DNA of 64,000 bases, taken from Amoebophrya sp. A120. Its lineage: Eukaryota; Protista; Dinoflagellata. The notes beneath the pieces were generated by a model. It saw nothing but the letters and a program-made list of their open reading frames with translations, did not search any database and was not told where the DNA came from. Positions 35,401 through 46,500 of the stretch are shown in pieces (within the stretch, counting starts at the first letter, position 1; every line of letters starts with the position of its first letter). The stretch is taken from NCBI GenBank assembly GCA_905178155.1, contig CAJINV010000001.1:1104606-1168605 (forward strand), written 5' to 3'. Position numbers and translations under genes: made by a program.

Positions 35401-36854
35401 CTTCGAGGACCTGAACTCGTGGACCATGCGATCCGACCTTTGGCGCGTTGCAATTGTTTATTTGTGTGGAGGCGTGTACATGGACGGAAAGGCAGCCGCT
35501 GCCAGACCTCCCGAAGAAGCCGACGCGAAGATGACAGCAGGTGGAGGTCATAACAAGCTCAGGCAGCCGGCGGTCCTCGATGCGCTCTTCTCTGACGACT
35601 CCGAGACGCAAAATTCCACTATTGTACTCGCACCAGGCGACGCGGGGTTTTGCCTGGATAGCGGCTGGGGTGCTACGAGCAAAAAAGGGAAGGTGCACAG
35701 TGCGTTTTTTGCTGCACCCCCGCGCAGTTCTGCGCTGCTTTACATCCTGCAGCAGCAAATACGCAATGTGCAAACTCATTCGCGCGGGCATGCTGAGGAC
35801 GGAGCGCACAGAGATCTTGATCCTACTTCCCCGGGCGCATTCTCCGACGGGCTTCTGCAGCACGAGTGCTTCCGGCGGACTTTTTTACCGAGATGCGTTG
35901 GCACCTCTGTGGGAGATTTTCCAATCGCATCCACATCCGATTTGCGACACGGCGCTGATGCAGTTTTCGTATCAAATGCAAATATGTCTGGGTCCGGAAG
36001 GAAGCAGGCACTTGTAATGCATTTTTTGCACCTGAGTGGAGGTCTGAAATGCACTCGGGGCATGACAAATTGTGCAGAGACCTCTGCATGCCTAGTCTGC
36101 ATGAGAAATAATGCCCTATCTAGGAGACAAAAAGCGCACATCTTTTGCTCTCTATGCAACGTAGATTTTTTGCTATTCCAGAATCCGGCGCATGACAGGG
36201 CTGGATTCTTCCAGACCCAGACATATTCGCGATGGATATTTCGTGATGTTCGACCAGAACTGGATACGAGGTTACAAAGCAAGTAGAGACGTGCTCCACG
36301 ACGCTGGCCTTCGAGCATCAGCCGGCTCACACTTGCACAACGCAACAAGAACAGACGTGCGCCATGATGATGCTCCCTTTGCAGCAAGAAGCCACGAGGA
36401 GCATAATACACCTTTCGACGACGAGACCGCGGATCCCTCCAGTGGGGGCGACACCTTAGCGCATGCCAGCTGTGGATCAGACCAGCAGCTCGCACAAGAT
36501 CTGAAGTCGATCGACTTCGAAGATTTTGATCCACCGCCGTACGACGAGAAATCCAGCGAAAGTTTACTGGGATACTTCTGGACCACGGGATGGCTTGCTT
36601 CGCCGAACCTGAACGACAACGAAAAAACGAATAGCCGTTTCGATTTCGAGCGGGGTGCCTTGTTCACCTTCGATCACAAAGAACATGAGCGAGTGCACGT
36701 GTACTCCGCGGAGAAAATGAAAGAGGCCGGCCGCTGGGACCCGAATATTTGCGGCGACGGCCATTACGGAGCACTGTTCGAGGCGGACCTGTGGGGGATT
36801 TTCCAGACGCATCCACGTCCGATTTGCGCCGTGGCGCTGATACTGTTTTCGTGA
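32453..36854 (+). CDS. Fused glycosyltransferase: GT17 (MGAT3-like) plus GT32 (DXD sugar-binding) domains
   Basis: GT17-like LEVRMQELQDQVDLFVITEA and TDETPSRKAVQLLRNC. GT32-like RSDLWRVAIVYLCGGVYMD and AFFAAPPRS. The frame continues after removing IE15 and IE16. Start and 3' end uncertain. Confidence 0.72.
35117..35381. mobile_element. Introner element IE15 (family A)
   Basis: TATCAAATGCAAAAATGTCTGGGTCTGGAAGA...TCTTCCAGACCCAGACATTTTTGCATTTGATA (perfect ~32-bp TIR), with GCATC repeats. Confidence 0.95.
35970..36238. mobile_element. Introner element IE16 (family A)
   Basis: TATCAAATGCAAATATGTCTGGGTCCGGAAG...CTTCCAGACCCAGACATATTCGCGATGGATA, with TTTCG repeats. Empty paralogous site at 36847-36851. 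Confidence 0.92.
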
Positions 36855-37330
36855 GATTCAATCAGACCTGGCTACAAGGTTACAACGGAAGTGGAGGCGC
36901 GCACCATGGACCTGATGTCGCCTTCGCAGCAAGAAGCCACCATCGTGGCACACCTCTAGAAGAGACCGCGGATCAGTCCCCTGGGGGCGAAACCTTCGCG
37001 CATGCCCGCTGTGGATCAGACCAGCAGCTCGCAGAGGATCTGAAGTCGATCGACTTTGACGATTTTCAGTCTGCTGCGCGAAACCAGCCAAGATCGAGGC
37101 GGAGCTGAGGTTCGAGGAAGAAGACAAGGAGCTGCGCGCAGCGCAGCAGAGCCAGGACGCCAGTTTACGACTAGTATCCATCGATTCTGCTCCAGCTAAA
37201 CCACCGGAAATCGCAGAAAAACGGGAAAAACCGGGAAAAAGCAACAAATCAGCAGACAGAGATCAGCAGTTTCTAGTCGTAAACGGCACTCCGCGGAGAA
37301 AATGGAACAGGACCACCAGTGGGACACGGT
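36787..37330 (+). pseudogene. Diverged, out-of-frame partial duplicate of the glycosyltransferase 3' region
   Basis: VGDFPDASTSDLRRGAD..CGSDQQLAEDLKSIDF repeats 35907-36530 without IE16. ACTCCGCGGAGAAAATG recurs at ~36703 and ~37288. Confidence 0.6.
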
Positions 37331-37599
37331 TTGCACCTAGGCTTTGTAAACCTGCCGCACTGGATTTCGGAACGGGCGGACGCGGCCTTCCACATCCCGA
37401 TGCCCAGCAGCTACTCTGGTTCCACGAGCGTAGCAGAGCAAGAGCAGGCGACTCCAGTGTGACGCGACGAGCGGAGGAAGCCAAGTTGCAGATGATGATC
37501 CGGCGTCCAGGATTATTGGAGCTAGTCTGTCTTCGGTTTGCATTTTCAGGATCTCTGTTGTCGATAAAAGCAAAAGGATCGTTGAGTGAGCGTTAGCGC

Positions 37600-40500
37600 C
37601 TTGTGCTTACCGTCTGTCATCGCATCGTGGAGATTTGTATCGTTCGGTTCTTGGTGGTCGTGATGTTAATTTGGCTCTCTTAGTTGCCGTCGCTCGGGTG
37701 CTTATCTCTCGCTGGATGGCTTCGGTTCGTATCTCCGATCGCGCGCTTTCGCAAATTGGCTCTGAGAGGTCGTCCTTCGGCAAGTGTGGCCCGCTTTGCA
37801 AATTGGCTCTGCTTTCATGCTTTCTGGTCTGCTGCTATCGCAGGCCATGTCCCGTGTGCCGTCCTCTCGACAATTTTCTTCCGGTTTAGGTTTTCCTTTA
37901 GGCTTGCTGTTGCCGTGGTGCCTTGCTAAGCTGACGGTGTTTCCGTTTGTTAAGCAGGTTGTATCGAGGTGTGCATTTGTTTTTTCAAATAAAAAGTATA
38001 CGAAAACATTATTGAGACAAACTAGCGCGGGAATGTCGAGCACATTCAGTTCCGCGGGACTGGCAGTCCCCCTGCATAGCTTTTGGAGTCCGCCCCAGAT
38101 CACAAGAGGACCGGAAGGTGCCCTTCTCTTCGACACGGTACGAAACGCGTTACTCGAGGGCGTGGTCGAGGCACGCTCGTACGCTATGGATTACAAGCGG
38201 GCGGAGTCGGCCCCTCCAGTGCTTCGCAGCCGACTGCATGCAGCGCCGGCTCCCGAGCGGCTCGTAAGCCAGCCAGAAGTGCTTCCCGGTGGCGTGTCTC
38301 ATGACAGCGTCACACCGAGCGCCGTTGGGCTGCACTGCAGTGTCAACGCGTTCCAGTTGGTTGCGACCGACCTGTACCCGGACTACGGAGCCGCGATACC
38401 ACTGGGTTGTCGAAAGCAGTTCCCGAGCATGGGAAGTGGCCACGATCAACGGGTCACAGGTCCGCCACCACTGGACTTTGCAAGGCTCATTCCTTCCCTC
38501 CCCGGAGTCGGCGCTAGGATCAAGAAGAAGGGCAGCGGCGGCAGTCGAGATAGCTACCTCCGCCAGAGGGACCTTCCGCAGGTCACGGTAGCGATCGCGT
38601 CAGTAAGACCGCCATGCGTGCGCATGGTAGAAGTCAGCAAGGACGATCGCACCAGGCGATCCTGCGTGCAGCGGCTAGATCAAGAAGGAGCAAGGGCTTC
38701 GAGAGGTTGCTCTCTCAGGCCAGCGCACAAGAGAGAGCTCTACGTATCCGCGTTTCCCAACTTCTCGAAGTTCCTGGTTCTGGACGACGACGGAGAGCTG
38801 GGCCGCGAGGAAGAGGTGCGCATGCAGCTGAGATCGGAGCTGACTACCAGTAACGCGAAAAAGAGGCTGCGGAAAACTAAAAGACGGCCGCAGGCGTCCA
38901 TCGGAGCCTTCACGAACGATAAATGGATCAGACAGCTGTTGTTTGAAGAAGCGCAGGGTGGACGTACGACTACTGGTAAAGCAGGTGGCGATGCGGAAAA
39001 AGATACAAGTCGGGAACGGCTAGCATCAATCATAGAAGGGCGTGGTGTCTGCTTCTACGACTGTGAAGCAGGCTACATCAAGGTAGGACGGAACGCTGCA
39101 AAGGAAGCTCTACGAGGGGGTCTAGGGCGCAGGTACGCTGAAAGGAAGCCGCGCATCAAAAGCATGAAGGTGGAGTCGAACTGTTTGTACGAAGCCATTG
39201 CTGCACAAGTTAAGTTACCTGTGGCGGAGGTGATGAAGTTGTGCGACAACTTTTCAGGGGAAGCGGACGAGCACGACCTCTGCATAGCCGCGCAAGCCAT
39301 GCAATGTGTCTTTCACCTGGATTACGGGAAAGGGAGATACCTGCGAGTATACCCCCGCATCCATGAGCAGAACGGCGGCGGCAATTTCAAGGTGTTGTTC
39401 TTCGGCATGACTGCAGACGGACGGCACGTTGACGTCATGGCGGGCAGGCCCCGGAAAAAGAACCCAGACACGAGAAAGTTGATTAGGCAGTCGGGTAGAA
39501 TCAGATCAAGTATGCAGCGAGGAGCGGGCGAGATCCATTTGGCGGGAAATCATAGCAGGAGTAATCGTAGAAGAGCACCGTCCGGAGCCGTTCTGCGGAG
39601 TTCCAGATGCGAGTTCAAAAATGTGACAGAGAAGCAGTTCTTGAACTTCTTAATCACAATATCGGAAAACGGGCGCGTGGAAAGCAGCTGCATCAACAAA
39701 CGCGACACAAACGACCAGACCGTGTGCTTTGAGTGGGGAGCGGCGCCGGGAGCCACGGTGACGTGCAGATGGTGGCCTACCGGGTCTCTGTCGATGCAGG
39801 GAGACGCTGGAGGGGCGGCAGATGCGTTCGACAGCTTCATACAGCAGGGATATTGCGGGTCACAAAAAGCGCATTTCAAAATATGGAAAGGAGGTCGGTA
39901 CGCAGCAGATAAGGTAATGGAGCGGTCGCGATCAAGGAAAAGAGCGGGGGGCAAGCAGGATGTGACGTCACCGACGCGGGACCGCCATCGCAGGAGGGAG
40001 CAACAGCACGCTTCGAGCGACGATGATGTGGGTGGCTTACTCAGCCGGCCTCGCGAGCCGGCCCGCAGGAAGGTTGACTGGGCAAAGGACGACGTCAGCT
40101 ATGGCTCCATCGATTCCGCTGGACCGACAGCATCCAGGACCCCCAAGATCGTACCACAGTCATCGCAGGCTCTGGACCAGCGGGCAGCGGCCGCGGGGGG
40201 GCGGTGGAGCAGGAGTCAAGCGTATAGCGATCGGAGCATACCACTCAATCACGTAGTAAGCAAGGCTGGACTTCATAAAAAGACGATGGCAGGGGAGGAC
40301 TTACGGACGGACTCGCGCAAGCGGTGTAGCTCAGATATGCGGAATCAAGAACGACAGGGCGCGGCGGGAAGAACCCCGGAGAGGCAGCATAGCGGGGGTT
40401 GGAGTCAAAGACTGGTAGCCCCCCGGCCACGTGAGGAGGACTTATGGCCGCCCGCGGCTGCGGCACGCAGGTTGGAGGGACACCCACCAATTAAGGAGGT

Positions 40501-43500
40501 CGGGTGGAGTTTGGAGCGACCGACGCTGAAGCTCAAGGTTGCATGCCAGTCGAAGGTGGCGAATCCAGTGCGAGATGGCGGGCCGGCGATAGGCTCGAGC
40601 AGTAGCAGTTGTCGCGAGGAAGACGCGGCGGAAAGAGGCCTGGCGGAGCAGCGGCGGTTACAGAGAAGCAAGTGGAGCATTGACGAGAGTTCCAGCGAGT
40701 CTTGGTCGGCACCAAAAAAATGCGCGGCAGGAGCCAGCCAGCATAGAAGATCTTGCAAAGACCTGTTCGAGGACTACGAGGTCTACTCCTCTCCCGAAAA
40801 AATGGAAGTAGCACCGGAAAGCTGTGATTTTCTGCACGACGAAATAAATCAGGTTATGCTGCTCAAATGCAAGAACTGTCAGGAGCTGTTCGTGGATCGC
40901 GAGGAGTTCAGCGCTCACGGGTGCGGGTCTACGAGGGAGGCCGGGGAGACAAAAAACCACACGGATGCGGACAACTGGTACGAGCGTGAGACCGAGCCAA
41001 AGTTCGTCTGTGTCGCGTGTCAGCGCGCCTTCCCGGACATCGAGATTCTACACCGGCACTTTCGCGAATCGGAGCTACACAAGCGGAATACTGCAGCGAG
41101 GGTTGGAAAGGGTGGGCAGCCAGGTGCAGCATCGGGAGCCGCTAGCGTGCTAGCGTTGAAAGGCAAAAGACAGGCCGGAAAGGCGAAGAAAAGAAGCGGC
41201 ATAGACCTTGAGCTGGACTTGTACAGCGAAAGCAGCAGCAGTCCGGTAAAGTCCCCAGCTAGAAAGAAAAAAGCCGGCATTAGCCCGCGTCAGCGGAGCA
41301 AAAAGGAGTCGGCGCAGATCGCAGGGGGCGCAAGCACGGCGGCGCAGGGGCGAGATAGCTTAGGCGAAGCAAAGGTCGGCGCGCCCTTGAGGAGCTGGTC
41401 GAAGAACAGCCTCTACGACTTGCTGATAAGTGATGCGGAGGCGATAATGCACTCGGTTAGGGACAGGGATCAGAGAAACAGCTTGGCCCAGCTGTTGGAC
41501 AAAGATGCAAGTAGCAGACCGGGGAGCGACGATCAAGACAACCACGAAGGCGAGGCTGGCGGAAACAGTAGCTCTCGCGCATTGCAGCTGGCGGCCAGGA
41601 TGTCGCTGTGTCGGGCAGTATGGCTGAGGACGGAGGGCGAGGAAAAGAACATGAACGTATTGAAAAGCCTCAAAGAACTCGTAGAAGAAGGTGAGGTGGA
41701 AGGCGCCCTGTTCGTACCGTACGATCAGGACGCCCCCTGCCCTGGTACGGACCGGCCTGCATTGAAAAGCCTGGTCCGTACGGAAAGGACCGGGCGCCCC
41801 GGTGCCCAGCTTGCGCCATGGTCTGTGCGGTTTGACGAAAAGTTGTTACCAGCGTACGGAGTAGCAATCACGCAAGTGATTCTGAAGATCAGCCTCGGTT
41901 CCAAGCAAGCAGCAGAGATTAGCAGATGCGTGACGGAGCTCACTAGCGGGACCACGGCGGATAAGGATCTGAGTCACTCGAAGGTAAGGAGAGTGATGAA
42001 CTTGATCAGGATGCTGGAGATAGAGCAGGCAGATCGGATTGGGTACCATCAAGGCGGAAGCGGGCGCGAGTTGGCAGCTGGATTACGTGCAGGTACTTGG
42101 GGGTTCGGAATTGAGAAACACTGCTGGATCGGGAAAAAGACAGCAAGTTGGCTATGTGAACTAGCGGAAGAGGTGAAGCAAGGCCGCAGAATACCCTGCC
42201 AGCTGGAGGTACACAGATCGAAGGAGCAGTCGAGCGAGGTGGTTAGGGAGCAGCACACGAGATGGGTGGATGAGCTAGCGCGGCAGCACCTACGCCCACA
42301 CGTACTGGAAGGTAGCGGCGTGGCGATGTTAGCAATCAACCGCAAAGCAGTAATCTCCATGCCATTCTTCACGGAGAAGGAGCTCGAGGAGGACGAGGAG
42401 CTCAAGAGACTAGTAGGGAACAAGGCTAGTATTTGGCTACCAAAGAAGGATAAGACTCGAGTAGTCGGTAATCTGCGACAGCACGACTTCAGCACGGCGT
42501 CAGTAGTAAACTTTTCATTGCGGGCTGGGACGGAGCGGAGTCACTTGCAGGACGGGGTAGAGCGTTTTGCGGAGTGCAATCAGCTCCAGGTGGTGCCGAA
42601 CCCACCAGGAACCGGTAAGGCCCAGCCGGACGGCGCCTATGCGATAAAATTCAGGCTGGTGCACGTGGATGTCGCGGACACAGCGGTAAAAATCACGAAG
42701 CGGATGCACGAGCGGGTGGCAGAGCGTTACGCGCAACGAGGGAAGCTCAGGCGAGATACGACAAGACTCCTGTTTGACGTCGACGCGCACGAGATGGACG
42801 ACCATCTGCGAGAAAGGGCGAAAGCAGCAATGGGCGGCACTCTCCACAAGGAGACAATAACCACAGTGCACGACCACGGCTCCATAAACGTAAGGAAACG
42901 CCCGTGCTGCCTCTTTTCGGACGCGGACATGAAAAGCGAGGCGCTAGAAAGGCTGAAAAAGATCTTTGCAAAGAGCGCGAACTTACTAGCGGAAGATCAC
43001 CCCCGGGGGGTTCGCATATTAACGAAGGCTAGGCGGGAAGCGCAGGAGAAGGAGGAGAGGTGCGCAGAATCGTGCACCCATATCATAGTGGCAGAACGAC
43101 TGGGGAAGGACAAGCTGGCGCTCGTGGATACGATGATCGAGAAGGTGTCGGGCGGGAGGAAGCAGGATATGAAGCGCTTCCGGGCGAAGACATCGGCCAC
43201 GCTACCCAGCCAGGAGTGGTGTCAAGTATGGCGGTGGGAGTGCGACGACGACATCAGCCGCACGCAAGATTTGATAGGAGCGGATGTGTCAGAGTTTGGT
43301 CTTGCCGCCTGCAGGAAGGGCGGCAGCGGGCTAATCTGGCCCAGGAGCGTTTTAGTGGATACCCAGGACAACATCGGCATATACAAAAAAAGGCACGAAG
43401 ATTGGCACAAGAGGTTGAAAGAAGCCGCGGCAATAGCAAGCGAAAAAAGACATATTACGCGCACCAGCAGGACCCAGATCGAAGCCGCAGGAGCGCCTGG

Positions 43501-46500
43501 AGCTAGGTCGCAGGCGAAGCCGAAGGTGAGGGAGGCCGCACGAGTAGCGGGCGTGTTAAAGCTGAAGGGCGTAAGTACCAGCCCGGAAAGGTCAAAAGGG
43601 CAGGGGGCGATGACGGCTGGAGGCCGTGATGAGCTCGGATCGAAGGGCTCTGCGACTACCGGAGAGATGCAAAAGTTGCTCGACTGGGTGCTGGAGAAGT
43701 CGATAAAAAAGGATGTGAAGCTGGAGAGCCTTTCGAAGGCGCAGGACGAAGTTTTCAGGAGCTTCTACATGCTGATGGAGAAGGCGCCGCCAGGAGCTGG
43801 CGCCCGAGTATTGCTGGAGAAGGCAAAGTCAAGGGTGAATGAAATCACAGATAAGAGGCGAGTGCTAGCCACGCTGGCAGCTGAGCTTCGAAAGGGGGAG
43901 CAGGAGTTCAAGAAGAAACTGAACGCGAGCAGTAAGCGGCCTGCTTCGGACGTGTTAGGCGGCTCACCGTGTGACCAAGGCGGATCGACCAACGCGGCGA
44001 CGGTGGGGGGCGGCTTCAAGGCTACATCCCACCTCCCCGTGAAGGGGGATTCGGAATCAGCAGGTAAAGGCAGAAGCGCCGGCGTGGTTCCCCGCGCGGA
44101 CGTAGTGGCTGCTGAGAAGTTAGTGCCCGTCGTTGTGCCAAGAAAAAGCCCGCGGGACACGGAAGTACACGCGACAAGCGGCCGGCCTGCGGATGAGGGT
44201 ATCAGGGCACCTGCGGCAAAAACAAGAAAGGTGTGCGGAGGAGGACGACGCGTTGACGGCGATGCAGTGCTGATGGATGAAGTGGACCGGGCGACGTCGC
44301 CTGGCACATTGAAAAGGGATCTAGTGACACAAGCACCATCAGAGGAGATGCCGACGGGGCAGCAGCGTGGGGAGGTAGCTAGCGACCGCGACGCTGCGCT
44401 GGCGGAGGACGGGTGGACACTGCCTACGGTCAAAGGAGCGCGCCTGGACGAGAATAAAGCACTGAAAGGCGATCTCATCGGCTTTGTCGGTCTGGTATGC
44501 AGGGCGGATGGTGAGGAAGTCAGATGCAAAAGCTCCGGCGAGGCCCGAAAGCTACTGATGAGTTTCATCTGCAACCAAGTACGACATGGCGACTCTGTGG
44601 CGTTCTACGAGTTATCTAAGTCGGCCGAGCTGATTATGGTGGACTCGTCCGGGAGTGCGGGCTGCTTAAGATCATCACGTGTATCCTACTTCCCAGCGTT
44701 CTTCGTGGGATCCCCGCCGGACAACGTACACCGGGGAGACATGTACGAGTTAACCACAAGCTCGGAAGCGGACCGTGCCAAAGCGCGAGTGAAGCTGCTG
44801 CATGTCGTTACGCACCTAAAGAACTCAAAAAGCAAAAAGGCGGCGGAGCGAAGAGAGCTGAGTAAGGTGTTCTGCGGGCACCAGGAAAAGGAGGCTAGGC
44901 TGCCCAGATACACGGTGCTCTTGGAGGGGAATATCCAAGGCAGGTGGACAGTGAAGGATAATCGCGACGGGACAAGACGGACGATGGAGCAAAACATGGA
45001 CAACTTGCGGCTGCTGCTAAGTGGAGGTGAGTGCGGTGACGGCGGCGCGCAAGCGGGCGGCCCTGGCCCGCAGGAGCATGTCGCGGCGTCGGGGATTTTG
45101 GAAGAGTGCGACGACGAGGAAGCCCAGACTGTCGGACGGGAGCGCACGGTAGTCGCCAACAGATATACGCTTCATTTTAACATGAACGGGTGGGGAGCCA
45201 ACTCGGGCAAGCTGGAGGACGCGTATGACGAGGCGCTTAAGAGAAATGCGGACTTTGACGAGGAAAGCGGATTTTGGATCATATTACACCTGAACGAGAC
45301 GCATATGCGCAACCTCGAAGAGGAGTTGCCACGCATAGCGGGCAGCGATGCAAGGCCTCGAGAGATTGCAGACGAAGGAGGATTCCTCGGCGCAGCAAAG
45401 TTGCTGGCTGCGTCGGATGATCGCGAGTTCGGGGCACCTGCAATAGGGGGCGCCGCGTTAATCCTCTGCCAGCCAGCCGAGCTGGGGTGGGCCATGCCGA
45501 CGGCGCGGTCGTCGTTCGCGAGAACAGTCACTACGAAGCCCAGTGTCAACCGCCTGACAGGAAGGCGGCACGAAGGCGAGAGTGGACGCGCCGGTGACGA
45601 CGGTGTGCAGGAGGAGGTGCTTCTGCAGGACAGATTCACCAAGGAGGATTTTGTGATGTGGTTCTGTAGTGTAGTGGTAGGTGATGAGTGCCACATTACT
45701 TTCTACATCAGACCAAATTTAAAACCCAATGCTACGGATGCGGAGGTGTCCTACGTCGCGAGTCAGCTCGCGGAGGCAGTGGCGGCTGCTAAGGCAGCGC
45801 GACGTCTTGCCACAAGGGTTCATCTGACGGCCGATATCAACGCAAAGCACGACAGCAGCTCGCGCGGTGAATTTTTGGCGTCGCTCCAGGAGCGGGGCAG
45901 GCAAGCTGCCTGGGCAAGATTCGGACAGATAATTCGAAGTTTTTTAGACGAAATCACGGAAGGTCTGGAGCCGAGAATCGTGGGCCCGACGTACCAGGAC
46001 AGGACGACGCCGGACATGTTCTGGTCGGGTGGCGGCTACGTCGGCATAGAAGAATGCAAGTTGTTGCGGTGGAGCGCGGGCGGCGATCTGGGGCCGATCG
46101 GACAAGCATCGGATCACGCGATGATAGCAGTTAGAGAGCAGCTGGAAGTACGAGATCACTTGCAGAGGTTGCAAGACGTGGCAACGGGAGTGCCATCGCT
46201 CATCGTGAACGTATCCTGGAAGTGGAAGGACTGGTGGAAACACATATGGAACTGGAAAAGCCCGCAGGCCAATACCAGCGGCTGGATGTTGCCGGGGGAG
46301 GCTAGGCGGCTGATTTTCGGAAGGTTCGACGACTTCGAGTTGCTACCGACAAACGCCTGCCCGGGCCCGAAGACCGCGGTAGTTCCGGAATTCGAAATCT
46401 ACAAAGGATACAAGATGCACATCAAGCTAGATCGGGACGACGCGCCAGAAGCTGGAAAACTACAGCAAGTGTACGCAGAGTGCAGTAGCCAGTTGCTCCA

